DNA of 64,000 nt from Candidatus Moraniibacteriota bacterium (GCA_041583775.1 JBFHFF010000004.1:2428-66427); one strand, 5' to 3'; counted from the first letter of the stretch, positions 18,066 through 28,287 are shown. Numbers and translations: made by a program. The notes: generated by a model from the letters alone, not told the origin.

Positions 18066-18202
18066 CAAACAGCTGGTAAATGTCGTAGAATAAAAACAAG
18101 TATTAGAATATTCACCCAATTGGATATATAATTTTAAACAAAGTACAAAGAATTATTTCAAAAAATAGGGGCAGGGGGTTTTAATCAAGAACCAAAAACA
18201 AA

Positions 18203-18868
18203 ATGGCTAAACTAAAAAATCTTCATAAAATCGAATGGCCCAGAGAAAAACTTCTGCACTATGGTGCTGGCAAACTTTCAAAATCAGAACTCCTAGCAAT
18301 TCTTTTGCGAACAGGAGCAAAAGGCGTGGATGTGGTGGAATTGTCCAAAAAAATACTAAGGAAATTTCCTCAATTCTCTTTGGCTGATGCGAATATCAAT
18401 GACTTGAAAAACACTTACGGATTAGGCGAAGCAAAAGCCTGTGAGATTGTGGCTTGCTTTGAGTTGGGAAGAAGGATGTTGAAAGGAAAAAAAGCCAATT
18501 TAATTCTTTCGCCAAAAGATGTTTGGGAAAATCTGAAAGACATCAGGAACAACAAAAAAGAACATTTTGTTGTTTTTTATTTAGATGCCAGAAATCAGGA
18601 AATTAAAAAGGAAACAATTTCAGTGGGGACTCTCAATGCCAGCTTGGTTCATCCCAGAGAAGTCTTTGAACCAGCCATCATCCACAGCGCTGCGCAAATC
18701 ATCGTCGCACATAATCATCCATCAGGATCTTCCAAGCCATCAAACGATGATTTGGAAGTGACCAAAAGACTGAAAGAAGCGGGAAGGATTTTGGGGATCG
18801 AAGTGATGGATCATGTGATTGTGACGAATGATAGTTTTTTTAGTATGAAAGAAGAGAATGTTTTTTAG
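18203..18868 (+). CDS. radC: RadC-like JAB-domain protein (UPF0758)
   Basis: HhH-like N-terminus. JAMM motif HNHPSGSSKPSNDDLEVT near the C-terminus. Confidence 0.8.
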   Translation: MAKLKNLHKIEWPREKLLHYGAGKLSKSELLAILLRTGAKGVDVVELSKKILRKFPQFSLADANINDLKNTYGLGEAKACEIVACFELGRRMLKGKKANLILSPKDVWENLKDIRNNKKEHFVVFYLDARNQEIKKETISVGTLNASLVHPREVFEPAIIHSAAQIIVAHNHPSGSSKPSNDDLEVTKRLKEAGRILGIEVMDHVIVTNDSFFSMKEENVF

Positions 18869-19031
18869 GATTTAAAATAAAGTTATAAGGAAAAAACCTG
18901 AGGAAAAAATATCCACTTTATTTATGGGTATAAATAAATTAGTAGTTCTATGTATCCTTGAGTTATCCGGGGATATTTTAAAATAGCGAATTTGAAAAAA
19001 AGGAGGTTCTTAATAATAAATATATACAAAA

Positions 19032-21920
19032 ATGAAAAAGACACTTTTGTGGATATTGATTTTTTTTGTGTTGTTTGCCCCTTTGCAATTTAGAAATTTT
19101 ACGCTTGTTAGTTCTAGTGCCGAAGACAATGAGTCTCTACCAACACCTTCCTCACCAGAATTTATGCGTGTGATTGATGAGGATGAAACTTGGACAAAAG
19201 ATGGCGGAGTGGAAATTACAAACGGAGTAATCATCGAAAACGGAGCGACTCTCACAATTGAGCCTGGAACAAAGGTCAGTTTTAAAAAAGAAGAAGGCGG
19301 ACAGGCACCATTTATATGGATAATGGATGGGAAGATAGATGCAAATGGAACCGTGGAAGAAGGAATCAATTTTACTTCTGAGCAGGATTTGAGTGGATTC
19401 TTTTTGATTTTTGATGATAGAGGAGGGCATGAGTCTTTTTTTAGATATGTCACCATAGAAAAAGGTGGTGGAAAAATTGAAACAGAGGAAATTGAAGATC
19501 CTGTAATAATGAGTTCTGTCCAAGAAATACAGAAAGGGAGAAGTTCTATTTTCAACATTGCAGTTGCTGAGGAGTTGCCAGAGAATCCTTCTGTGTTTTT
19601 AGCAGAACGCTATCCATCAGTGATTACCTATCTGAAAGGAAGGGTTCACTTTGAAAACTCAAAGTTTATCAAAAACAACGATGCAGTTTTCTATGTAGAT
19701 CACTATTTTGAAGAGAATGAGGAAACAGAAGTTCAACTGGAAATTGTAAATTCAAATTTCAATGAAAATGAAAAGGAACTTGCCGTGCTTTCAAATTTCA
19801 ATGGTGGAGAGAATATCAACCCTGAGGAGTGTGCAAGTAAACTATTGTTGAAAAACAATTGGTACGGAAAAATGTTAGGAGCTCAGGCGATATACCAATA
19901 TCCAGAGGATTACTTGGAAAAAGATGACTTATTCAGCGATTCATTTGCAGGAGAGAAAATAGTTGGTATGTTTTTCAAACAGGAAATGTTTCGCTCCAAT
20001 GAACTGATTGCTGATCCAGTCGTGATTGTCCCGGGGATCACTTGTTCTGGCAGAGTCCCAGAAGTGGGAGACTGGAAATTGGACCCAGTTTTGCACACCT
20101 ATGACGATTTGGTCGATTCATTGAAAAGAAATGGCTTTGTGGAGAATATCAATCTTTTCTACTTTCCATATCAATGGAGAGACAGCAATGTTGAAACTGC
20201 TAAATTGCTGAAAGAAAAAGTCTCTGAAGTTAAAGAAAAAACAAAAGTTTCAAAAGTTGATTTGGTGGCTCATTCGATGGGCGGACTGGTCGCAAGACAG
20301 TTCATTCAATTTGAAGACAAGGATAATTCAATTGATCAACTAATAACGCTTGGAACGCCACACAGAGGTTCACCGGAGGCATATTTGAAGTGGGAAGGTG
20401 GAACAGATGGGTTCCTGGGTTTCGATGATAGCATCGCTAAAAATATTTTTAGAGCAGAAGCTTTTCATGAACTCTATGGTTTTGATCTACATAGATATAT
20501 CCAAGAAAGAGTTCCTTCGGTGGGAGAACTTTTGCCAGACTATGATTATCTATTTGATGTGAAAACGGATAGTATGAGAGAGTATCCTGAAAATTATCCT
20601 CGCAATGAATTTTTGGAAAATTTGAACAAAGAAGAAAATATCAAAAATTTGGAGAAAGTAGATTTTGTTAATATCATGGGAGAGGTTGATCTAGAAGCAT
20701 CTACACTTTCAAAAATAAAAATAGAAAATAGCTCAAAAGAGGACAAATGGGAGCATGGTATGCCAGAAGACTTTTATGATGGTGATTCTAAGAATGGATT
20801 AGTGAATGAAAAGGGCGATGAAACAGTTCCAATTTTTAGCGCAAAAAGTGCTCCCGTAAATAAAATAATAGAAATTAATTCTAAGCACAATCAACTTCCA
20901 ACAAAAGCACAATGTGAGGTTTTTAAGGAACTAACACAGGAAAATAATTGTTCATATGACGAAGATGCTGTGATTACCAATGTTTTGACTTTTGGAGTTT
21001 TTTCTCCAATTGATGTGCAAGTTGTTGCTCCAGATGGAAAAAGAATTGGGAAAAACTTTGAAACAGGCGAGATTTTCAATGAAATTGAGAAAGCCTTCTA
21101 TTCCGGATTTGAGACTGAAAATGAATTTGTCACCATCCCAAACCCAATGGACGGGGAATACAGGATTTTGACTCAAGGCGTGGGGAACGGAGAATATCGA
21201 ATTGAAGTTGCAAAGATTCAAGAAGAGGAAGGAGAGGCTAAGGAATCAATGATTGCCTTTGAAGGAGTTTCACGGATTGGACAAGAAGAAGAGAAAACAT
21301 TTAAAATTTCAGAAAATGAAATCGTTGGCGGGGAGGAAAAAGATGAACTGCCTCCGACAATTGAAATTTCTAGCCCAGAAGAAGGAGAATCATATACAAA
21401 TAATGTTGATCTAGAGATTAGCGTGAATGTTGAAGATGACAGCACCGCTCAAGAGAAAATTGAGATTCAGATGAGGCTAGATGAAGAGCTTTTTGAAGGA
21501 AATGAATTGGAATTGCCATTGATGCCTCTTGGCGAACACAGTTTCGAGGTGCAGACGATGGATGAAGCTGGAAACAAAGCAACAAAAGAAATAAACTTTT
21601 CCACGAAAACAGACATAGATGCATTAATTTCAAATGTGAGTTATTATTATGATAAAGGTTTGATTAAAAATAAAAGAGAAGAAAAAGTTCTCACTTCTAT
21701 GCTTTTGAGCATCAAGAGTCTGATGCTACATAGAGACCATTTTTTAATATATAAGAAATTTTATCGGAGGGATGGTAGGATGGAAGAAATGTTTGAGAGA
21801 ATGATTAACTGGAGAATAGATTCTGTGGTTAGATTTATTGAGAGAAGGGGTGAGCGTTTTATTGATGACTCCGCCAAGAGTCTGCTGATCGGTAGTCTGC
21901 AGTATTTGAAAATAAATTAA
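19032..21920 (+). CDS. large secreted alpha/beta-hydrolase (lipase/esterase, LCAT/PGAP1-like) multidomain protein
   Basis: Signal peptide MKKTLLWILIFFVLFAPLQF. Nucleophile elbow VAHSMGGLV within a lipase-like segment. Long C-terminal extension (962 aa). Confidence 0.6.
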   Translation: MKKTLLWILIFFVLFAPLQFRNFTLVSSSAEDNESLPTPSSPEFMRVIDEDETWTKDGGVEITNGVIIENGATLTIEPGTKVSFKKEEGGQAPFIWIMDGKIDANGTVEEGINFTSEQDLSGFFLIFDDRGGHESFFRYVTIEKGGGKIETEEIEDPVIMSSVQEIQKGRSSIFNIAVAEELPENPSVFLAERYPSVITYLKGRVHFENSKFIKNNDAVFYVDHYFEENEETEVQLEIVNSNFNENEKELAVLSNFNGGENINPEECASKLLLKNNWYGKMLGAQAIYQYPEDYLEKDDLFSDSFAGEKIVGMFFKQEMFRSNELIADPVVIVPGITCSGRVPEVGDWKLDPVLHTYDDLVDSLKRNGFVENINLFYFPYQWRDSNVETAKLLKEKVSEVKEKTKVSKVDLVAHSMGGLVARQFIQFEDKDNSIDQLITLGTPHRGSPEAYLKWEGGTDGFLGFDDSIAKNIFRAEAFHELYGFDLHRYIQERVPSVGELLPDYDYLFDVKTDSMREYPENYPRNEFLENLNKEENIKNLEKVDFVNIMGEVDLEASTLSKIKIENSSKEDKWEHGMPEDFYDGDSKNGLVNEKGDETVPIFSAKSAPVNKIIEINSKHNQLPTKAQCEVFKELTQENNCSYDEDAVITNVLTFGVFSPIDVQVVAPDGKRIGKNFETGEIFNEIEKAFYSGFETENEFVTIPNPMDGEYRILTQGVGNGEYRIEVAKIQEEEGEAKESMIAFEGVSRIGQEEEKTFKISENEIVGGEEKDELPPTIEISSPEEGESYTNNVDLEISVNVEDDSTAQEKIEIQMRLDEELFEGNELELPLMPLGEHSFEVQTMDEAGNKATKEINFSTKTDIDALISNVSYYYDKGLIKNKREEKVLTSMLLSIKSLMLHRDHFLIYKKFYRRDGRMEEMFERMINWRIDSVVRFIERRGERFIDDSAKSLLIGSLQYLKIN

Positions 21921-21937
21921 TAAGTAAAAATAAAAAT

Positions 21938-22240
21938 ATGTTTTGGTCAAGTCCGAGTGCTGATTTAGATATTACTAAGTTTCTGATTTTTATTTCGTTC
22001 TGTGTAGCAGGCTTTCTTTTCTATAAAAGAAGAAACTTACTTCTTAGTCTGACAGTGTTCTCTGTGTTGAGTAATATAGTGGCATATTTATTAATTTACA
22101 CAAGATCAAGGATTTTTGCCGTTTATGATATGCATGGGGTGGCAGATTTTGCACAAAAACCTTGGCCATTAATCAACCTTGCGTTGTTGGCAGTTGTGGT
22201 GACATTGTATTTTAAGAACAAAAAAGTGTTGAAAAAATAA
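21938..22240 (+). CDS. small membrane protein (100 aa, 3 TM)
   Basis: Hydrophobic segments. 18 nt after the upstream gene. Confidence 0.45.
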   Translation: MFWSSPSADLDITKFLIFISFCVAGFLFYKRRNLLLSLTVFSVLSNIVAYLLIYTRSRIFAVYDMHGVADFAQKPWPLINLALLAVVVTLYFKNKKVLKK

Positions 22241-22525
22241 CAGAAAAGTCACTGGAGTGGGGAATTGGAATCTTTTAATCAACACTGTACTGGTCCAAGT
22301 TTGCCTGCCCGTACTGGTCCTTCAGGCGGGTAACTCGGACCTTTTTTTAAATTCAACAAGAATAAGCACATAAAAAGTGAACTGGGTCACAGACCCGCTC
22401 CAGCACAAATGACTAGTATAATCAGAAACAATTTTTAGTCATTACATGTGTAATGACATATGTAAGTAAATAAAATTTAAAAACATTGTTTATGTGTTTT
22501 GAAACATATAAACGGTGACAACAGG

Positions 22526-23050
22526 ATGGAAATTAGAACAGCTAATTTAGAGGATATTGAGCAGTATACAGATTTATTGCAACAAACCTATCAGCATGCC
22601 TATATAAAAGAAAGTATTGGGTTGACCGCAGATTGTTTTTCTAGGGAAATTTTTAATAGTGACGACACCCAAAAATATTTAAAAACTAGTTTGGTTGATA
22701 CGGCTAATCAAAAAACTTGGTTGGCTTTTGACGGCAACAAACTGATTGGTTCGGTAACTTGTGCTTTGGAGAATAGTCAAAAAGCTGAATTAAAAGGTTT
22801 TTATGTTCGAAAAGAATACCAAGGGCAAGGGATTGGCAAAAAGCTTTATGACTTAGCGTTAGAATTTGCTGAAAATCGGGATTTATTTTTGGATATTTAC
22901 ACTCACAATACAAAAACAATCGAGCTCTATGAAAAGTGGGGTTGGAAATTGGATTCGTCTCGGGGAGAGAAAGGCTATTTTGTACGACATTGGCCAGAGT
23001 GGCCGAAGGGGTTGGATGCAAAATGCATGTATATGAAATTAGAAAGATAA
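22526..23050 (+). CDS. GNAT-family N-acetyltransferase
   Basis: Acetyl-CoA binding motif VRKEYQGQGIGKKLYDLALEFAE (Q/RxxGxG/A). Start chosen at MEIRTANL. The ORF-track start 22499 is in-frame upstream. Confidence 0.7.
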   Translation: MEIRTANLEDIEQYTDLLQQTYQHAYIKESIGLTADCFSREIFNSDDTQKYLKTSLVDTANQKTWLAFDGNKLIGSVTCALENSQKAELKGFYVRKEYQGQGIGKKLYDLALEFAENRDLFLDIYTHNTKTIELYEKWGWKLDSSRGEKGYFVRHWPEWPKGLDAKCMYMKLER

Positions 23051-23071
23051 TTTTATAACTTATTTTAAAAA

Positions 23072-23242
23072 ATGAGAAAATTAGAAGATCAAAATGTTCG
23101 TAAATTAACCAAAGTTGGCAAACAGTCCATCGCTGTGACAATTCCGATTGAGATTGTTCGGGAGCTCAAATGGAGGGAGAAACAGAAGGTGGTTGTGACA
23201 AGAGTTAGGGGAGGTGTTATGATTAAGGACTGGAAAAAGTGA
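23072..23242 (+). CDS. small AbrB/MazE/SpoVT-type swapped-hairpin domain protein (56 aa)
   Basis: VRKLTKVGKQSIAVTIPIEIVRELKWREKQKVVV has the typical AbrB/MazE pattern. Not in the ORF track because it is under 60 aa. Confidence 0.5.
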   Translation: MRKLEDQNVRKLTKVGKQSIAVTIPIEIVRELKWREKQKVVVTRVRGGVMIKDWKK

Positions 23243-23421
23243 AAATATTTAAAAATCTTCTCAAAACATAAAATATCAAAAAGGTAGATGTCAGAGAAAT
23301 AATTGGCTGATTTTTGTGAGTTTAAAAGAGAAAAATTTGTTACAATCTTAAATGTAATGCCAATTTTTCTAGAATAAAAGGACTAAAATCGTATGACATA
23401 TAATACAGTAGGGTTGTGGTA

Positions 23422-23450
23422 TTGACAATAAAATCATAGGTTATATAATA
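23422..23450 (+). promoter_or_regulatory. sigma70-like promoter (TTGACA-15/17-TATAAT/ATAATA) ending 5 nt before the hsdS' ATG
   Basis: ttgacaataaaatcataggttatataata then tattt ATG. Predicts a near-leaderless transcript. Confidence 0.4.
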
Positions 23451-23455
23451 TATTT

Positions 23456-24022
23456 ATGAATAATAAAAGATTATATAAATTAACTAATATCGCAGAAATC
23501 TTTTCGGGATATTCCTTTAGGGGGGCTGTGCGTGAAGACAAAAATAGCCAAGTTTTTTTGATTCAAGCTAAGGACACAAGGAATTATTTGTCTGTAACGG
23601 AGGAAGATTTGAAGAAAATTACTGAAGAAAATTGTGGGGATAGATTTATAAAAAATGGCGATGTGGTGATAAGTGCGCGTGGATTTTTTTCAGCCACTGT
23701 TATTAATTCAAAAGAAAAAATAATCGGATCTTCCTCAGTTTATATTATAAAACCAGAGCAAAAAAAAATATTGTCTAAATACCTAGCAATTTATTTGAAT
23801 TCAAGAGTGGGACAAGCAGAAATAAAAAAATATGAAATTGGCTCAAGTATAAAAACAATTTTGATCGGTGATTTAAGAAATATTCAAATTGAAATTCCGA
23901 ATTTGAAAAAACAGCAAAAGATTGTTGAGTTATATGAAAATATTCAGAGGCAAAATGAACTCTTAGAAAAGAAAAAAGAAATTAATAAAAATATAATGGA
24001 AGCAATATTTATAAATAAATAA
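23456..24022 (+). CDS. hsdS: Type I R-M specificity subunit, half-size (single target-recognition domain)
   Basis: 188 aa. C-terminal conserved HsdS central/terminal motif IEIPNLKKQQKIVELYENIQ (cf. IPLPPLEEQKRIV). Confidence 0.6.
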   Translation: MNNKRLYKLTNIAEIFSGYSFRGAVREDKNSQVFLIQAKDTRNYLSVTEEDLKKITEENCGDRFIKNGDVVISARGFFSATVINSKEKIIGSSSVYIIKPEQKKILSKYLAIYLNSRVGQAEIKKYEIGSSIKTILIGDLRNIQIEIPNLKKQQKIVELYENIQRQNELLEKKKEINKNIMEAIFINK

Positions 24023-24026
24023 AATT

Positions 24027-25541
24027 ATGATACCAAAAAAATATACACAAGAAGATTTGAATAATACTCTTTGGGCAGCAGCTGATTCATCTAGAAGTAG
24101 TGTGGATGGGGGAATTTACAAGGATTATGCTTTGGCAATGTTATTTTTTAAATACATCAGTGATAAATCAAAAAAACAATTAGAAGAATACACAAAAAGA
24201 TTTGGCAAAGATAAGGAAAGAATTGCACAAAAAATGAAAAATGACCGTTTCTATTTGCCACCAAAAGCTACTTTTGATTATATTTATAGCGCTATCGAGA
24301 GCGATAAGATTGGTGAAGAAATCAATATAGCCTTACATGCTATTGAAGATAATAACAAGGAAAAATTAGGTGGTGTTTTTAGTGCGATTGATTTTAATTC
24401 TGAAGCTACACTGGGAAAGTTAGAACAACGCAACAAAATGATTCGTCATTTGATTAATGATTTTGCCAAAATAGATTTTAGTGATGTCAAAGAGGATGTG
24501 ATTGGCGATGCCTATATGTATATGATTGAACGCTTTGGAGCGGATGCTGGAAAGAAAGCAGGGGAATTTTTTACTAGACGATCAGTTGCATCTTTGGTGG
24601 CAAGATTAGCTAATCCAAAACCGGGAGACAGAATTTGCGATCCAGCGATGGGAAGCGCAGGTCTTTTGTTATTGGCTGGAGAAGAAGTGGAAAAAAAGGG
24701 TTCAAAAAATTATGCTCTATATGGGCAAGAGTCAACAGGAAGCACTTATCAATTGGCTAGGATGAATGTCTATTTGCATGGCAAAGATCATGCTCGCTTG
24801 GAATGGGGTGACACTTTGAATCAACCAGCACTAACAGAAAATGATAAATTGATGAAGTTCGATGTCTGTGTTGCTAATCCACCCTTTTCTCTGAAGAAGT
24901 GGGGGGCAGAAAGTGCTGAAAGCGATAAATACAAAAGATTTTGGCGTGGAACTCCTCCAAAAGACAAAGGAGATTTTGCTTTTATTACTCATATGGTGGA
25001 GACAGCTAAACCTAAAAAAGGTAGGGTATCGGTTATCGTCCCTCACGGTGTGCTTTTTCGTGGAGGAGCAGAAGGAAAAATTCGTGAGCAATTCATTCAA
25101 GAAAATATAATTGACGCGGTGATCGGACTGCCAGCCAATCTTTTTTCCACTACGGGTATTCCAGTGGCAATTTTAGTAATTGATAGATCAAGAGAAGTTG
25201 GCGGAACAAATGAAAACAAAAAAGACATTCTTTTTATTGAAGCTTCCAAGGAATTCCGTTCCGGAAAAGCGCAAAATCATTTAGACGAGGTGCATATTGA
25301 AAAAATTCTAGATACATATGACAAAAGAAAAGATGTGAAAAAATTTGCACATGTGGCAGATTTTAAGGAGATTGAGGAGAATGATTTTAATCTCAATATC
25401 ACTCGTTATGTGGATACTTTTGTTGAGGAAGAGCCGATTGATATCAAAGCTAATTTGAAAGAGCTGGAGAAACTTAACCCGGAGATTGAGAAATTGGAGA
25501 AAGAAATGGGGAAATATTTAAGAGAGTTAAACATTAAGTAG
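24027..25541 (+). CDS. hsdM: Type I R-M N6-adenine DNA methyltransferase subunit
   Basis: HsdM N-terminal domain. SAM motif I DPAMGSAGLL. Catalytic NPPF (ANPPFSLKKW). Confidence 0.9.
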   Translation: MIPKKYTQEDLNNTLWAAADSSRSSVDGGIYKDYALAMLFFKYISDKSKKQLEEYTKRFGKDKERIAQKMKNDRFYLPPKATFDYIYSAIESDKIGEEINIALHAIEDNNKEKLGGVFSAIDFNSEATLGKLEQRNKMIRHLINDFAKIDFSDVKEDVIGDAYMYMIERFGADAGKKAGEFFTRRSVASLVARLANPKPGDRICDPAMGSAGLLLLAGEEVEKKGSKNYALYGQESTGSTYQLARMNVYLHGKDHARLEWGDTLNQPALTENDKLMKFDVCVANPPFSLKKWGAESAESDKYKRFWRGTPPKDKGDFAFITHMVETAKPKKGRVSVIVPHGVLFRGGAEGKIREQFIQENIIDAVIGLPANLFSTTGIPVAILVIDRSREVGGTNENKKDILFIEASKEFRSGKAQNHLDEVHIEKILDTYDKRKDVKKFAHVADFKEIEENDFNLNITRYVDTFVEEEPIDIKANLKELEKLNPEIEKLEKEMGKYLRELNIK

Positions 25542-25547
25542 AGATAT

Positions 25548-25790
25548 ATGAGAAATAAAACATTAAAAACAACAAAAGAGACTTCAACTGGTCTAAATAA
25601 AAAAAGTATTGATTTGAAAAATCTTTCTGAAAAGGAAAATAAAGAGCTTATTAAAAAAGCTGATGCTGGAAATCTTCCTGGATATCATACTGTTAAAGCT
25701 GATGGTAAGAAAAAATTCTTAAGATCAAATCCTGATCGAAAGAAGAGTAACAATCTTGATCCTAAAATATCAAAAAAGGGTAAAAAATAA
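25548..25790 (+). CDS. small Lys-rich hypothetical protein embedded in the R-M operon
   Basis: 80 aa, very basic, 6 nt after hsdM. Confidence 0.4.
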   Translation: MRNKTLKTTKETSTGLNKKSIDLKNLSEKENKELIKKADAGNLPGYHTVKADGKKKFLRSNPDRKKSNNLDPKISKKGKK

Positions 25791-25804
25791 ATTAAAGGAT
25801 AACT

Positions 25805-26794
25805 ATGGCAAAAGCCCGATATAAAAATTTAGTAGATAAATCTGTACAGGCAGCAGTTTCTGCTATTGAGATTTACAATAAGCCAGATTTTAAATATCGG
25901 GAAGAGACTTTTGCTATCCTTATGATTAATGCCTGGGAGTTGTTGTTTAAAGCAAAAATCCTTTTAGATAATGATGGTAGGTTAAAAAGTATATATATTC
26001 CAGATAGGACTGAGAATTCAAAAGGAGAAAAATTAAAACGTTTTTATCCTAAAAAAAATCGCTCAGGAAATCCTCTAACTCTTGATATATTCTCATCAAT
26101 AAAACTTCTTAAGATAGATAATACTCTAAGTAAGAATATAGGTTTAATGGTTGAAATTAGGGACAATGCTATTCATTTTGTGAATGATTCAAAAGAATTT
26201 GAGAAAATAGTTCTTGAGATAGGAACAGCGACACTAAGAAGTTTTGTAACTTTGGTAAATGAATGGTTTGATTGTGATTTGGCAAATTATAATTTTTATT
26301 TAATGCCTATATCATTTTTTCATACTTTTGAAATGGAGAGCTTTTCTGTTAACAAAAAGAGTAAACAAAAAGAAAATTTTTTTGCTTTTATTTCAAATGA
26401 ATTAAATGAAAACTCTGCTGATTTAAATAAAAAACATAACATCGCATTGAGACTAGAGACAAGATTTGAAAAATCTAAATCAGTTGATGCACTGGCAGTG
26501 AGATATTCAAAAGATTCGCCAATTGTAGTAAGGCAAGAAATGGAAAATCGTATTCATGAAGGATTAAAAAACAAAAGTTTGTTTTCTCATGAAGACTTCG
26601 TTTCAAAATTAAGAGAAAAGATTCCAAATTTTAAAATAGACAAAGATTTTAATAAGCAGAAAAATGAAATGAAGAAAGATTCAAAATATTGTCTGACAGC
26701 GTATTTAAATCCCTTGGAAAAAAGCGGAACAAAAAGGCACTACTGGACAACGGAAGCAATGAAAAAAATTAAAATTCTATATGACAAAAAATAA
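25805..26794 (+). CDS. hypothetical protein embedded between hsdM and hsdS (possibly DUF3644-like)
   Basis: N-terminus AIEIYNKPDFKYREETFAILMINAWELLFKAKIL resembles what I recall of DUF3644. Its stop overlaps the hsdS start by 14 nt. Family call is low-confidence memory. Confidence 0.45.
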   Translation: MAKARYKNLVDKSVQAAVSAIEIYNKPDFKYREETFAILMINAWELLFKAKILLDNDGRLKSIYIPDRTENSKGEKLKRFYPKKNRSGNPLTLDIFSSIKLLKIDNTLSKNIGLMVEIRDNAIHFVNDSKEFEKIVLEIGTATLRSFVTLVNEWFDCDLANYNFYLMPISFFHTFEMESFSVNKKSKQKENFFAFISNELNENSADLNKKHNIALRLETRFEKSKSVDALAVRYSKDSPIVVRQEMENRIHEGLKNKSLFSHEDFVSKLREKIPNFKIDKDFNKQKNEMKKDSKYCLTAYLNPLEKSGTKRHYWTTEAMKKIKILYDKK

Positions 26795-28034
26795 ATCACA
26801 AAAAAATATACCTGATGGGTGGCAAGAAATAAAGCTCGGAGAGATATCCAGTGTGTTTGATGGTACTCATCAAACACCAAATTATACAAAAAGTGGAATC
26901 CCATTTTACAGCGTAGAGCATTTGACAGCAAATGACTTTACGGATACGAAATATGTTTCAGAGGAAGTTTTTGAGCGAGAATCCAAGAGGGTTAAAATTG
27001 AGAAAGGTGACATTTTGATGACAAGAATAGGCGATGTAGGAACAGCTAGACATATAAATTGGGATGTGAAAGCATCTTTTTATGTATCACTTGCCTTAAT
27101 TAAATGCAAAAAAGATGTGAACGCAAAATTTTTAACTTTTTTTATAAACTCAGCATATTTTCAACGAGAAGTATGGGGCAAAACTATCCATGTTGCCTTT
27201 CCAAACAAGATAAACTTAGGAGATATAAGCAAATGCGTGTCCATTCTCCCTCCTCTCCCCGAACAAAAACGCATTGTTGCGTTGCTGGAGGTTTGGGATG
27301 AGGTGGTTGAGAAATTGGGGAGGAAAATTGAGGTTAAGAAAAATATCAAAAAAGGTTTGATGCAGGAGCTTTTGAGTGGTAAAAAAAGATTGAGTGGGTT
27401 TAAAGAAGGGTGGCGAGATATAAAAATTTCCAAATTAGGAAAAAATTATTCTGGTATTACTGGAAAAAATAAAGATGATTTTGGTTCAGGAAAACCTTTT
27501 ATTTCATATATGAACATTTATTCCAATTCTAAATTGGATACTGATTTTAAAAGTTTTGTTGATATAAAAAATGGTGAAAAACAAAATGCTGCTAAATACG
27601 GTGATTTATTTTTTACAACATCATCAGAAACTCCCCATGAAGTTGGAATTAGCTCAGTATTATTGGATAAAAATGTAGGAGAATTATATTTAAACAGTTT
27701 TTGTTTTGGTTTTAGGTTGAATAATTTTAAAATATTAATTCCGGAATTTTCTCAATTTTATTTCAGAGGACAATATTTCAGGAAGCAAATGACGAGAATT
27801 GCACAAGGTGCAAGTAGGTTCAATTTATCTAAAAAATACTTTTTGGAAACAAAAATAAATATTCCGAAAGATATTAAAGAACAAAAAGCAATTGCAGATA
27901 TCTTAGTGACGGCTGATTGGGAAATTGAGAAATTGGAAGAAAAATTAAGAATCATTAAGGATCAAAAAAAATATCTTCTAAACAATCTCATCACCGGCGC
28001 AATCCGCACGCCCGAGAACTTATTAATTAATTAA
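26781..28034 (+). CDS. hsdS: Type I R-M specificity subunit, full two-TRD form
   Basis: Central conserved LPPLPEQKRIVALLE and C-terminal IPKDIKEQKAIADIL...LITGAIRTPE repeats typical of HsdS. Confidence 0.85.
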   Translation: MTKNKSQKNIPDGWQEIKLGEISSVFDGTHQTPNYTKSGIPFYSVEHLTANDFTDTKYVSEEVFERESKRVKIEKGDILMTRIGDVGTARHINWDVKASFYVSLALIKCKKDVNAKFLTFFINSAYFQREVWGKTIHVAFPNKINLGDISKCVSILPPLPEQKRIVALLEVWDEVVEKLGRKIEVKKNIKKGLMQELLSGKKRLSGFKEGWRDIKISKLGKNYSGITGKNKDDFGSGKPFISYMNIYSNSKLDTDFKSFVDIKNGEKQNAAKYGDLFFTTSSETPHEVGISSVLLDKNVGELYLNSFCFGFRLNNFKILIPEFSQFYFRGQYFRKQMTRIAQGASRFNLSKKYFLETKINIPKDIKEQKAIADILVTADWEIEKLEEKLRIIKDQKKYLLNNLITGAIRTPENLLIN

Positions 28035-28043
28035 AGTAATCCA

Positions 28044-28271
28044 ATGGAAAATTACAGAGACTGGGATAATGATTCAGGAATTGAAGCTTATGAAATTGAA
28101 AACGATGCCATAATTATTCAATTTAAAAATGGAAGAAATAAATTTTATAAATATACAAATTTTTCTTGTGGCTCAGATAATATTGCTATAATGAAACAAC
28201 TTGCTTGTGAAGGAGAGGGACTTAACGAATTTATTGTTGAAAATAAAATTGAGTACGAATCTAAATGGTAA
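28044..28271 (+). CDS. KTSC-domain small protein
   Basis: IEAYEIENDAIIIQFKNGRNKFYKYTNFSCGSDNIAIMKQLACEGEGLNEFI fits the KTSC pattern (S.i..v.Y......L.v.F..G..Y.Y..v......l..A.S.G.y.n..I). Confidence 0.5.
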   Translation: MENYRDWDNDSGIEAYEIENDAIIIQFKNGRNKFYKYTNFSCGSDNIAIMKQLACEGEGLNEFIVENKIEYESKW

Positions 28272-28287
28272 TTTTTTGAATACTATT

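Noticed and set aside
19001-19010. aggagg 25 nt upstream of the lipase ATG as its RBS
   Set aside because: Spacing is too long and no in-frame alternative start lies closer. The gene probably lacks a canonical SD.
22286-22347. GC-richer segment after 21938..22240 as a possible tRNA
   Set aside because: No acceptor/T-arm architecture. It folds as an imperfect hairpin followed by a T-run, so it is more likely a terminator.
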